Source: Balanoglossus misakiensis (lineage: Eukaryota > Animalia > Hemichordata). From it: a stretch of 64,000 nt of DNA. Of this stretch, positions 1 to 13,400 are shown piece after piece (positions within the stretch are counted from its first letter, which is position 1; every line of letters begins with the position of its first letter). The notes beneath the pieces were generated by a model. The model was given only the letters and a program-made list of their open reading frames with translations, did no database searches and was not told the DNA's origin. The translations under genes were made by a program, and so were the position numbers. Location of the stretch: NCBI GenBank assembly GCA_040954595.2, contig CM082592.2:10192731-10256730 (forward strand). The letters run 5' to 3'.

Positions 1-3000
1 AGGAAAATGTCGACAAATCGAGCGAGTTTTCCGACTTTGCCAATTTTCAAAATTTGGTCATTTTTTGAAAAAACCATGGGTTATAGCTCAGAAAATAAAC
101 ATCTCGTGACGAGTTTTCCGACTTTGCCAATTTTCAAAATTTGGTCATTTTTTGAAAAAACCATGGGTTATAGCTCAGGAAAATGTCGAAAAATCGACGA
201 TTTTCCGACTTTGCCAATTTTCAAAATTTGGTCATTTTTTGAAAAAACCATGGGTTATAGCTCAGGAAAATGTCGAAAAATCGACGATTTTCCGACTTTG
301 CCAATTTTCAAAATTTGGTCATTTTTTGAAAAAACCATGGGTTATAGCTCAGGAAAATGTCGAAAAATCGACGATTTTCCGACTTTGCCGATTTTCAAAA
401 TTTGGTCATTTTTTGAAAAAACCATGGGTTATAGCTCAGGAAAATGTCGAAAAATCGACGATTTTCCGACTTTGCCGATTTTCAAAATTTGGTCATTTTT
501 TGAAAAAACCATGGGTTATAGCTCAGGAAAATGTCGAAAAATCGACGATTTTCCGACTTTGCCGATTTTCAAAATTTGGTCATTTTTTGAAAAAACCATG
601 GGTTATAGCTCAGGAAAATGTCGAAAAATCGACGATTTTCCGACTTTGCCGATTTTCAAAATTTGGTCATTTTTTGAAAAAACCATGGGTTATAGCTCAG
701 GAAAATGTCGAAAAATCGACGATTTTCCGACTTTGCCGATTTTCAAAATTTGGTCATTTTTTGAAAAAACCATGGGTTATAGCTCAGGAAAATGTCGAAA
801 AATCGACGATTTTCCGACTTTGCCGATTTTCAAAATTTGGTCATTTTTTGAAAAAACCATGGGTTATAGCTCAGGAAAATGTCGAAAAATCGACGATTTT
901 CCGACTTTGCCGATTTTCAAAATTTGGTCATTTTTTGAAAAAACCATGGGTTATAGCTCAGGAAAATGTCGAAAAATCGACGATTTTCCGACTTTGCCGA
1001 TTTTCAAAATTTGGTCATTTTTTGAAAAAACCATGGGTTATAGCTCAGGAAAATGTCGAAAAATCGACGATTTTCCGACTTTGCCAATTTTCAAAATTTG
1101 GTCATTTTTTGAAAAAACCATGGGTTATAGCTCAGGAAAATGTCGAAAAATCGACGATTTTCCGACTTTGCCAATTTTCAAAATTTGGTCATTTTTTGAA
1201 AAAACCATGGGTTATAGCTCAGGAAAATGTCGAAAAATCGACGATTTTCCGACTTTGCCAATTTTCAAAATTTGGTCATTTTTTGAAAAAACCATGGGTT
1301 ATAGCTCAGGAAAATGTCGAAAAATCGACGATTTTCCGACTTTGCCAATTTTCAAAATTTGGTCATTTTTTGAAAAAACCATGGGTTATAGCTCAGGAAA
1401 ATGTCGAAAAATCGACGATTTTCCGACTTTGCCAATTTTCAAAATTTGGTCATTTTTTGAAAAAACCATGGGTTATAGCTCAGGAAAATGTCGAAAAATC
1501 GACGATTTTCCGACTTTGCCAATTTTCAAAATTTGGTCATTTTTTGAAAAAACCATGGGTTATAGCTCAGGAAAATGTCGAAAAATCGACGATTTTCCGA
1601 CTTTGCCAATTTTCAAAATTTGGTCATTTTTTGAAAAAACCATGGGTTATAGCTCAGGAAAATGTCGAAAAATCGACGATTTTCCGACTTTGCCAATTTT
1701 CAAAATTTGGTCATTTTTTGAAAAAACCATGGGTTATAGCTCAGGAAAATGTCGAAAAATCGACGATTTTCCGACTTTGCCAATTTTCAAAATTTGGTCA
1801 TTTTTTGAAAAAACCATGGGTTATAGCTCAGGAAAATGTCGAAAAATCGACGATTTTCCGACTTTGCCAATTTTCAAAATTTGGTCATTTTTTGAAAAAA
1901 CCATGGGTTATAGCTCAGGAAAATGTCGAAAAATCGACGATTTTCCGACTTTGCCAATTTTCAAAATTTGGTCATTTTTTGAAAAAACCATGGGTTATAG
2001 CTCAGGAAAATGTCGAAAAATCGACGATTTTCCGACTTTGCCAATTTTCAAAATTTGGTCATTTTTTGAAAAAACCATGGGTTATAGCTCAGGAAAATGT
2101 CGAAAAATCGACGATTTTCCGACTTTGCCAATTTTCAAAATTTGGTCATTTTTTGAAAAAACCATGGGTTATAGCTCAGGAAAATGTCGAAAAATCGACG
2201 ATTTTCCGACTTTGCCAATTTTCAAAATTTGGTCATTTTTTGAAAAAACCATGGGTTATAGCTCAGGAAAATGTCGAAAAATCGACGATTTTCCGACTTT
2301 GCCAATTTTCAAAATTTGGTCATTTTTTGAAAAAACCATGGGTTATAGCTCAGGAAAATGTCGAAAAATCGACGATTTTCCGACTTTGCCAATTTTCAAA
2401 ATTTGGTCATTTTTTGAAAAAACCATGGGTTATAGCTCAGGAAAATGTCGAAAAATCGACGATTTTCCGACTTTGCCAATTTTCAAAATTTGGTCATTTT
2501 TTGAAAAAACCATGGGTTATAGCTCAGGAAAATGTCGAAAAATCGACGATTTTCCGACTTTGCCAATTTTCAAAATTTGGTCATTTTTTGAAAAAACCAT
2601 GGGTTATAGCTCAGGAAAATGTCGAAAAATCGACGATTTTCCGACTTTGCCAATTTTCAAAATTTGGTCATTTTTTGAAAAAACCATGGGTTATAGCTCA
2701 GGAAAATGTCGAAAAATCGACGATTTTCCGACTTTGCCAATTTTCAAAATTTGGTCATTTTTTGAAAAAACCATGGGTTATAGCTCAGGAAAATGTCGAA
2801 AAATCGACGATTTTCCGACTTTGCCAATTTTCAAAATTTGGTCATTTTTTGAAAAAACCATGGGTTATAGCTCAGGAAAATGTCGAAAAATCGACGATTT
2901 TCCGACTTTGCCAATTTTCAAAATTTGGTCATTTTTTGAAAAAACCATGGGTTATAGCTCAGGAAAATGTCGAAAAATCGACGATTTTCCGACTTTGCCA

Positions 3001-4197
3001 ATTTTCAAAATTTGGTCATTTTTTGAAAAAACCATGGGTTATAGCTCAGGAAAATGTCGAAAAATCGACGATTTTCCGACTTTGCCAATTTTCAAAATTT
3101 GGTCATTTTTTGAAAAAACCATGGGTTATAGCTCAGGAAAATGTCGAAAAATCGACGATTTTCCGACTTTGCCAATTTTCAAAATTTGGTCATTTTTTGA
3201 AAAAACCATGGGTTATAGCTCAGGAAAATGTCGAAAAATCGACGATTTTCCGACTTTGCCAATTTTCAAAATTTGGTCATTTTTTGAAAAAACCATGGGT
3301 TATAGCTCAGGAAAATGTCGAAAAATCGACGATTTTCCGACTTTGCCAATTTTCAAAATTTGGTCATTTTTTGAAAAAACCATGGGTTATAGCTCAGGAA
3401 AATGTCGAAAAATCGACGATTTTCCGACTTTGCCAATTTTCAAAATTTGGTCATTTTTTGAAAAAACCATGGGTTATAGCTCAGGAAAATGTCGAAAAAT
3501 CGACGATTTTCCGACTTTGCCAATTTTCAAAATTTGGTCATTTTTTGAAAAAACCATGGGTTATAGCTCAGGAAAATGTCGAAAAATCGACGATTTTCCG
3601 ACTTTGCCAATTTTCAAAATTTGGTCATTTTTTGAAAAAACCATGGGTTATAGCTCAGGAAAATGTCGAAAAATCGACGATTTTCCGACTTTGCCGATTT
3701 TCAAAATTTGGTCATTTTTTGAAAAAACCATGGGTTATAGCTCAGGAAAATGTCGAAAAATCGACGATTTTCCGACTTTGCCAATTTTCAAAATTTGGTC
3801 ATTTTTTGAAAAAACCATGGGTTATAGCTCAGGAAAATGTCGAAAAATCGACGATTTTCCGACTTTGCCAATTTTCAAAATTTGGTCATTTTTTGAAAAA
3901 ACCATGGGTTATAGCTCAGGAAAATGTCGAAAAATCGACGATTTTCCGACTTTGCCAATTTTCAAAATTTGGTCATTTTTTGAAAAAAACATGTGTTATA
4001 GCTCAGGAAAATGTCGAAAAATCGACGATTTTCCGACTTTGCCAATTTTCAAAATTTGGTCATTTTTTGAAAAAAACATGGGTTATAGCTCATGAAAATC
4101 TTAAAAAATCGACGATTTTTCGACTTTGCGAATTTTCAAAATTCTCAAAGTCAAGAATTTTTCAGTTTTTGACAACTTTCATGAACTATAACCCATG
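1..4197. repeat. 87-bp tandem satellite array (~47 copies)
   Basis: Unit GGAAAATGTCGAAAAATCGACGATTTTCCGACTTTGCCAATTTTCAAAATTTGGTCATTTTTTGAAAAAACCATGGGTTATAGCTCA repeats with exact 87-bp period. The first two and last two copies diverge. The array runs off the left edge of the window. Confidence 0.98.
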
Positions 4198-5773
4198 AAA
4201 TATGTCAAAACATGCCAACAATTGAAAATTCTCAAAGTGAAGTATTTCGAAATGTATTTTACGGAAGTTGATAATTGAAAATGTTATTTTCAAAAATGCA
4301 ACAGGCAAATCAATGTTTCTTATCAATAAGTCTTTCTTTTATTCAAATGTTCCTGGTTGTTAAATGTACAATATGTTCGGAGTTGTAAGGAGCCGAAATA
4401 CTTCTTGGATTGGGCAAACAAGTAAAAACAAATGAGGACTTACAGTATTATGAACACACAACTTTTCTTCAAAGTTTTTAAACTGAAATCACCCTCAGGA
4501 ATTTATAACATGTTTGAAGCATGACAGTTACAAGTTCTTGACAATTTCTAAAACAGCAGGTGAGAGAATAAGATAACCAAGAAAATTACTGTAAATGACA
4601 GAATAATAAAAATAAAATAACACAGCAAACAGAAGACTAAGGAAACAATGTTGGTGTCAAAAGATTCCTGGTCAAGAGCTAGAATTTGCAGTTACTATAG
4701 TAACCAATCATTGTGCATGTTACACATGGAGTAATTTAAATCCATCAGGCGAAGTCTTCATATTATAAACATCGATAAATGGTGACACATACAAAGAAAA
4801 GCGTATTTCTGCAATGTTGTAAAAAAAATACAAGTGAAATCTGATATGTGAAGAAAAGAGTTTTCCTCTATCCAACATACACCCAGTAGAGTAACCCATT
4901 GACCCCTCACATAATTTGTTATAACCTAGTGTTTCGTGCGGCACAGTTTACCCAACACAATGAAAAATGCGAATATGGGGATAAAAAGTTTGGTCGATAA
5001 ATTATCTGAAGCAAAAAGTATTTATGCTAGTAAAGTCATGTATCAGTGTCACTCATGAATGAAATGTGCCCACTGGGTTCTACAAAATGCATCGGTGCTG
5101 GCTGGAACTGACAAGCTGGAAAGGATATGTAGATCTGAAAATCAGCTTCATATATTAATGTTCCCTGTGGTGGAGTCTGTTTCTACTGCATCTATAAAGT
5201 GTGGACCACTATCAACGACTCTTGCGTCTTCTACTTCTAGGCCTGAGGATAAGAACAGAAAAGAATGTCACCACAACTTTTCTTCCACAAGTGTTTCCTG
5301 TAAAGAAAGCAGTAATTTCAATTTTGTGCATAATTAGAAACACATGTTTTTCAACAGTTGACCAAATCTCAACTTCTTATGCAATGGTCCAATATCTGGC
5401 CCTGATAACAAAGGGTTTAACCAAAAAGCGGGGTAAACAAAGTCACAAAGATGGAGACAGATCAGCAAGTCACAAAAGAAACAGACACAGACAAACACAT
5501 ATATCAACATTGTTTATGGCGCTGATTTGAGAGGGATGGTCAGAGTTGTTCAGTGAGATGCAATCGCAATGCTGATGAATTTTACCGAAGTTTGCATTGT
5601 TTGACATTTTGCCAGCTGATGATCCGTAGAGCAAGACATGATAAAAATGAAATACCACAGCAGAGGGTGATGAAGCATCCATGCAGGAACACAGGGATCG
5701 TTTTCTGATAGAAATACCCGAAGAATTTACTTCAAATTTGTGCAAATGCGAGCAAACAGAGAAACCTTGCATT

Positions 5774-8700
5774 TTAATGCAGCTGTGGTTGACTGAATAC
5801 AAACCTGGTGTCATAATCATCAACATAGGAAGGCATCTCACTGAACACAACAGGGGAATTCTCGTTACACGAGGAGTACTGTATGGACATCTGGCTAAAG
5901 GGGCTACCTGCAGCTTCATTATCAGCCTTCTTCTTGTCTTCCTGAACGTAGAAGGACACCGCCAAATACGAGCCTCCTCCAAGGATGGCGATGAAACAGT
6001 TCAGGTACAGAGCATACTGCAGTGCTGTGTACTTGGCATAGATGCTGGTTTTGTCCCCTCGGATTACATCAGCAATCTGTGGATTGTGGGGGAATTGGTC
6101 TTTTTGTATATTGGTCTACATCAATATTTATGCATATATATAACACTGCATTTAATATGGTAACATGTAAAAGGGTAGTTTCCCTGCAATTAAAACTATT
6201 GACCAGAGTTTCACTTCCTATATCAGCACAGTGTCGCGAAGACCAGTGAATTAAAACATCACATCTTTGTGTGGAAATGTTCATTTTTTGTCTTCTACTT
6301 ACCTGACCCACAATATACGGACTAGTGGCATCACCCAACGTGTGCGAAAGTAACATCTGAAAGGCGTTTGCTGTGGACCTTCTGGTTGGTATCACTACGT
6401 ACTGAAATGTACAAAACGTGGTCAATTTTACAGAATGTCAATTTCCTTGTAACTCTATCAGAACTAAGACAATGGCAGAGGTTTTCTTTGGAGTTTCAAA
6501 CATAATAAAAATGCTTGATACTAACCAGAAGTATATCTGCTGTGACAGCCCAAGTCAAACTCAGAAAAGTTTCTCCAAAAAATACAAGAATCTGAAAAAA
6601 AGAAAACAGACATGTAAACCCCAATATTACTTAACTAAGAACTGTTTCCAAGCTGTATGTGAGCACAACATGACAGTAAATCATTTTGGAAAATTTCAGT
6701 TTACCAACTTCTGCCTGTCATGGTTGACAAGTGTTTAAAGTTCACATCACTGGTCGCACTCTTCAGCAAGGAAATGCAAATACAAGGACAGTTTCACTTC
6801 TCATTATTGGTTGTCACTATCATGCTTGACTACATCCGTAAGATGTAGCCAAACGTAGAAATCGATCCAGCACATTTTTAATAACTTAGGTCCCCCAGAC
6901 TTCCTATGTGGGGACTAAGAACTAGTTCTCAGGAAGCAGTGCAATATTTGAATATTCCCATGTTTAATACTCACCCATGAAATGATTTCATGCTTAAGTG
7001 CTAGAGTAATTACAAAATACAGGAAAGGTGAGCACCCAATGAGACCGATTCCACACACTAAAGGATCCGCTCTGGGATTGTATTTCTTCCAGCGCCTGGC
7101 TGTTTCGGCACCCAGTGCCACGCCCAGGATACCGGTTATCACAGTAATACCACCAAATACTAATGCAACACTGTGGATGGAAACAGGAAGAGCATTATTT
7201 TCTTTTTTATATAGCAAGTTGTACACTCTCATGTACATATATGCACTTTACAGCCAGCACTCGTAATGGTTTCGGTGTTAGGGTTTGTTGTGTTGTTGTG
7301 CGATGTTTCATAAAGAACTGATGCCACGCTGTAGATCTGAACAAAACACTGCCACGCTGGAGGTCATTTTGACATGGTTGGTAAACTCCAAATCTCAACC
7401 TACCTGGTGGTGTCCTTGCCTCTCAACTGGTAGGCATATTCCATGAAGGTAGGCGCCCACCACGACAGACAACCAGCCACCCAGGCTACACCCACAAAGC
7501 CAAATGTCGACCAAATATAACTGGGCCTGAAAAGCAGACGATCACCTCGTGAAAATACACGTTGCTGTCACGACTACAATGTTCTTGGCAAAAAAATCTG
7601 GGGCAGCAGCTGTAACCAGCATGCCTTGTTCTGTTCATCAATATCAAGACTTTTCCTTGTTCTCAGTGCTAGCTCATGAGGTGTGACTTATAACAGACAA
7701 AGACCGAATTAGCTGATGTGATCACATCTTGCAAAGCAGGACATCTACAGTGTACTTACGTTTTCCACAAGGCTTTCAAATCCTCCCTGTAAGTAGTCGC
7801 CTTGACAACGTGATCATCTGAGGCTCCCCTCTTTGGTTCTTTCACCACAACCAGGATAAGAATCACAGCTATTATACCAAACACTGGAGTGACACGAAGT
7901 CCCCACTGCCACGCTCCAAACGCATTTGCCACTGAACTACCAACTATGTACCCCATTCCACTGTCAAAAGAATTGATCGAGAATCACAGAAGATGTTTTA
8001 TTGGTATTTTACCCAGTGTTTTTAATTAAATTATACATTTCTAATCACAGATTCTGCCAAATGAAGGTGCTGACCAGTGATTTGAACTCACCTCCCTACC
8101 GGAATAGCAAAGTAAAAAAATGCAAGCATTTGCGTTCTCCTTCCTCCACTGAATAAATCTGCAATGATGGTGGGTGCTATCGTAGAGTAGCTAGCTTCAC
8201 CGATTCCCACAACTCCACGGAGAAGGAAAAAAACTGGTGCTATCTGTTGAACGACAACACAGTTAGAGATGGATGTTTTCACTTACATAGCCATAGTGAG
8301 TGAGTGAGTGAGTTAAGGAATGGATGGACAGACGGATGAATGAATGAATGAATGAATGAATGAATAAACAACAACTGGCTAACCAATCACCTGGCTAGTG
8401 ATCATGACTGACCAATCAGACGCTCCAATGGTCTAACTCACACAAACATTAATTGTGCTCAGTAAAATTATTACATGGGAGGAAAATGTGATTTCTTAAC
8501 TTACATGTGCTGGTACAAATGAGCCGAGAAGTGTGACACATGACCACAGGGATATTCCAACGCTCATAATAATTTTTCTATTGAACCTATCCCCCAAGTA
8601 TCCAAACACAGGTGCTGCAATCATGTACATGATAATGAAGACAGTCTGTAGTAAACCAGCTTCTGCGTCATTCAGGTGGTAATACTTCTCTATCTTTGGC

Positions 8701-9526
8701 AGATTCCCTATGTAGAATGGTTGGCATAAAAAAGTCATGAAGGTTGATAATATTTATTAACATGGGTTTTTGAGGTCAAAATGTCATTACTCCAGGGGTG
8801 AGTATACATAATTTATATGCATGCCTCGTAAGGACCCTTTAAAACCCCTTTCATATACCAGGTTCAAGTGAAATATGATTGAAAGATTAACAAGATTTCT
8901 TTCCCATCTTTTTTACGAGTGGAAGAAGAACTGTCTTGTATTTGACATGTCAATAATGCTTCCAGGGTTACAGAGAGGGCGTGGTAAGGTCACAGTTTCA
9001 CAACAACATGATGAAGTTGAACAAGGAAGTATTGCAGTGACACTGCACTGCCGAGGAGAGTTTTCCCAAATTATCATTTGTAAAATTAAAAGTGAAATAA
9101 GCAAACAGAAGGAGGTGATTCCATGTCCATAATGCATAATAAAGTCATATAAAAGTGACCATGACGTCATCATATTTACAACATCACATGACATTGACAA
9201 CTTCATCATTGATGATGTTTCAGATTAACGGACGTGGACCTACCTGCGACAGTAAACCTGTCCATGTAATTTAATAAATTCACGAAAAATAAAACGCCAA
9301 CAGTTATGTACGCCCTTTTGCCGGCTTGTTGGCCGACCTCTGCCGGTGCCGTCGGCGATCTGACTTCAGTTGGTGTGGCAAGTTCTTTTGGTTTTTCGTG
9401 TGAATTATCCAGGAGAACCTCCGTTTCGCTTTCGTAGGGATCTGCCGGCGAATCGTCCTCAATGAGTCTCCCGTCCATATTACTAACGTTGATGCTGTCC
9501 TCGTTTCTATCAAAATAGATGTTCAT
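5774..9526 (-). CDS. SPNS1: Protein spinster homolog (MFS lysosomal lysolipid transporter), 9 coding exons, ~541 aa
   Basis: Exons 9244-9526, 8505-8707, 8092-8243, 7760-7960, 7404-7526, 6975-7170, 6526-6591, 6303-6401, 5774-6076; all GT-AG and phase-compatible. Spinster signatures: [81 protein letters not shown]-terminal ETEVLL fits a [DE]xxxL[LI] lysosomal sorting signal. An alternative last exon at 5148-5242 is possible. Confidence 0.95.
8337..8364. repeat. (TGAA)n microsatellite in spinster intron 2
   Basis: About 7 tandem TGAA copies. Confidence 0.9.
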
Positions 9527-9977
9527 TGAGCTTGATCTATGTTTCGGTCAACCATTACACAGAGATACAAGCGAACCGATCACAAATACACAAGCAAGTC
9601 GCCATGTTGATATTGTGACCTGTGACCTCAGGCCACCTTCCTTGTCACCTGACCCCGAGTATTCCACTTTTTTAGAGTGGGGAAGCATTACTTTCCTTTG
9701 CTCGAGGCGCGACGTTACACCACAATCGGATGGGTGTGTGGGAAGATTGCGACAAGCGCAAAATAATTAGCCTGGCAATTGTACATGTTGCAAATATAAT
9801 ATTTATATGATTATAAAGCGATATATTTCAGAAGAAAATTTGCGGAGGCAAATTCTTGTTAGGGAAATAATGGAATAACCCACCTGTCAAGTGTCAAGTA
9901 AGTGAATTGCGTCCTCAGCAACAGCACCTGAACAACTTATTAAGACTCCACTCTTTGCTTTATTAAATATTTTAGAG
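9527..9977. promoter_or_regulatory. Probable bidirectional promoter and Kelch-gene non-coding first exon
   Basis: Spinster ATG (9526, -) and Kelch ATG (10413, +) are head-to-head and under 900 bp apart. Donor AG|GTAAGA at 9977/9978 and acceptor TTCCAG at 10394 imply a 5' UTR intron in the Kelch gene. Confidence 0.5.
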
Positions 9978-10262
9978 GTAAGACGCAATTGTATATTTTA
10001 AATGTTATATATTAGAGTAAAACGTATAGTGTACAATAGCCACAACATAAATTTTTGCTCGAAATGAATCAGAAAATATTTTTAATTTTGCTCCAATGAA
10101 CCAGGAAATGTTCAGTATTTTAAGTTGACTTGTTCCCCCTTTTTAAGGTTTGTGCACACAGGAAAATAAAATTACATTTAATATCTAAATCATTACAACA
10201 TATCAGGGATGGAACATAAACTTGAGTGGCCTGCACTCTTTTGAAATGATAGTCACCGTCGT

Positions 10263-10263
10263 T

Positions 10264-10324
<61 letters not shown>

Positions 10325-10339
10325 ACAACAACAACAACA
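10263..10339. repeat. (TCA)n/(CAA)n trinucleotide microsatellite
   Basis: About 20 TCA copies followed by about 5 CAA copies, in the predicted 5' UTR intron of the Kelch gene. Confidence 0.92.
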
Positions 10340-10412
10340 TGAGATTTTAATTGCACACTTTGAGGAGTTCTTGTATTTCTGTTCCATATTCCAGGTTTTT
10401 GACGTCGTCAAC

Positions 10413-13400
10413 ATGGCTGATGCAGACAATGCACCCAGTGGGAGTGTTGACCAATCAGGTGAGAGGCTCAGTGACATGGACGAGGACCAACCCGATTCAC
10501 AACATGCAAGTGACCCTGAAGATGACCTTGAAGATGCCATTGAAGTTGACAGTGAAGGTGGCATTGAAGTTGACAGTGAAGATGATCAAGAGGAAATTGA
10601 GGATCATGATGATGGAGATGATGCTACCATTCATGTCCAATACCCATGGCTCATGACTAATGTTGAGAAGAACACTCTGGAGGAGATGAAAGACTTCTTA
10701 CACCGTCTCAGAACTGATGAGACTACATTCCTCTTCCAGATGAGCGACTGTTTTGTGACTTTGATCGAGTGGATCAAATTTCATTCCGGGTCAGCTGAAA
10801 TGGGAAACGTGTGCAGCTTGTTCAAGCTGATAGACTTTACATGCGTCCCCGCTGAAGTATTTGTGAAAGGCTTTCAAGTACTGCGGGACCTGTGTATGGA
10901 TGATGCAGAGTGCGCCAAGTTTCTCCTGGATGTGATGCTGTACTATGCTTCGCGCCATGCACATCCCATGATTGAGCCCTCATGGAATCATGATGATGGG
11001 CAGTCTGACGAGAGACTGGTGATCTTTGGGGGGATGACCATGACAGATCGAAGATTTCAAAGTAAAATCAGCTGCTTCAGTCCCACTAACAAGAGGTTCT
11101 TCAAGCTGACAGATATCCCTGAGCCATCGTTTGGACATGGGGCCGCGGTTCTCAATAACTTTCTGTATGTAGCAGGGGGTTGCAACTATCAAACGCTGGA
11201 CCAGCCCCAGATTGTCAGGGAGGTTTATCGCTACGATGTCATGAAGGGCAAGTGGTTCTTCGTTTCGCCAATGCTGGAGAAGAGATGTCTGTTCACACTG
11301 AATGCCTCCGGTGGCAAGTTATATGCCGTTGGTGGGAGGAATGCCAGGATTTGGCAGACTGCCTCATCCCCGGATGTACTGTCTGCAAGCGTTGAATGCT
11401 ACGACCCTTGGACGGACAAGTGGACCTACGTAGCACAAGCCCCGATGTCCCTCATGTTACATGCTAGTTCCGTGCATGGACGTAAACTTTATACATCAGG
11501 AGGAGTCCATGAAATCACCAGGAACAGGCTTCCATTGCTCTTCCTTCGGCAGAGCGTCCAGTGCATTGCCGACATGAGCTGCTATGATCCCGGAAACGAC
11601 ACATGGCAATCTCTCACTCCACTTCCACATCATAGATCCGGTCACGCCATGGTTACCATCAAAGATTCCATATACGTAATGGCAGGAAGGAACACTGCAG
11701 GAGATGTTCTGGAAAGCGTGGAGTGCTACAAGCCAGACACCGACACCTGGATATCTAGGACCTCAGAGATGCCTGCAGAGATACTCCTAAGTGGTTCTGC
11801 TGTACATGAAGACAAAATCTACATATTTGGAGGATTAAAGAAGCAATCTTTCCAGGGAGAAGGTTTCTTCTCGGCTAATATGGAAGTGAGATGTTACGAT
11901 CCTGCAGAAAATGTCTGGACAGAAGTCGCCAAAATGGAGACTCTTTTGACCCCAAGTGGATGTGCCTTGAAAGTGCCAAAGAGTTGTTTATTAACAGGTA
12001 CATGTATATAGTCAAAGCAAAGTTTTTACCTCTAGGACTAAGTGTGGCAATTGCGGTCAATCTTCATAACCCTTTTATTTGTAGTAATAGTATGTATGGT
12101 AATAATTAATGACACTGAATAGACCTTTTTTCATTTTTCACCAGATGTCAATAAATGTGCATCTGTCACTCACGCAAAGCTGGATTCCCTGATACAGTGG
12201 CCACCAGTACCCAGCATGCCACTAAATCAACATGCACATGATGGAGATCGAGATCATGAGGAGAGTGAATATGACGTGCGAAAGTTGGAGTCATTCTACG
12301 CAAAAGTCTCTGCTGGGCTGGTGGGACTGCACGAATCAAGCATCGACAGCGATGTTGTGCTGGTGGTGGACGGAGAAAGGCTCCCAGCGCATCGGGCAGT
12401 GCTCGCGACCTTCAGCGACTACTTTAGGGCCATGTTCACAGGGGGAATGTTGGAGAGCGCTCATTATGAGAAACAGGAAGTGGAACTTCAGGGCGTCGGA
12501 GTGGAGGGGCTGAAGGCTGTGCTTCGGTTCATATACACGGGACAGATCACCCTGAATCGCAGCACATTCGGGTGCGTTTTAACCGCCGCTAGCTACCTCC
12601 AGGTTGCTGCCGTGCTGGAGTTCTGCAGTGAATTCCTGAAGGACGAGCTCCACCAGGACAACTTCCTGGAACTGGTAGCCATGACAACCACCTACGGCCT
12701 GCTGGAGAAGTTCGCTGCCAGCGAGAAAGTGATCGACCACTTTGTCCAAATGGCGACGGAAAGTGAGCAGTCATCCAAGTTCTACTCTCTGACCATTGAT
12801 CAGGTACTCTTCTTCCTGCAGAGCAAATTGCAGAAAGCCTACAAACCAATGCAGATATTTGGGATCGTCCAGAAATGGCTGGAGCACAACTGGGACAATA
12901 TCAAACCAGAAGACGTTAAGAGACTTCTCAAGTATGTATCCCCAGATAGCACATGTACAGCCTGCACAGTAATTTAGAAACAAAAGTACCGTTTTTCAGC
13001 TAGTCTTGCTTTGCTACATGTACCGGTATGTGTTGAGAAATGAAATTATTTGTATTTTTATTTCTTACAGCTGTGTACCCTTCAACCTGCTGAGCTGCGA
13101 GGAGTTAATTCAACACGTCAGGTCAGCTGACTTCATGAAATCTGAGCATGCTCAGAAACTGCTGTTGGATGCTCTGCAGTACCATACTGTGCCCCACTAC
13201 CAGCATGCATTGCTGTCAACGTGTCAGGATGCACTGAAGACAGAAGAAGTTATCCTAGCAACAGGTATTTGAAAGTTGCTGTAAAATCGTTCATGTATGG
13301 TTGATACTGATGCACAAAAAATGGGTTTACAGTTACAATATTAACTTGGTTTGTTTGTTTGTGTTTTTTTTTGACAGGTGGCATGCAGCTTGCTTCCTCA

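Noticed and set aside
1-4197. CRISPR array interpretation of the tandem repeat
   Set aside because: There are no unique spacers and no cas genes, and the context is eukaryotic.
7-4198. Two ~1350-aa ORFs made of 29-aa repeats
   Set aside because: They arise because the 87-bp unit is divisible by 3 and lacks stops in two frames. Near-zero nucleotide divergence and palindromic DNA structure indicate non-coding satellite.
5470-6163. 160-170-aa ORFs overlapping the spinster 3' end
   Set aside because: They are antisense or alternate-frame shadows with no recognisable motifs.
10120-10356. Poly-Asp ORF on the minus strand
   Set aside because: It is a translation of the (TCA)n microsatellite.
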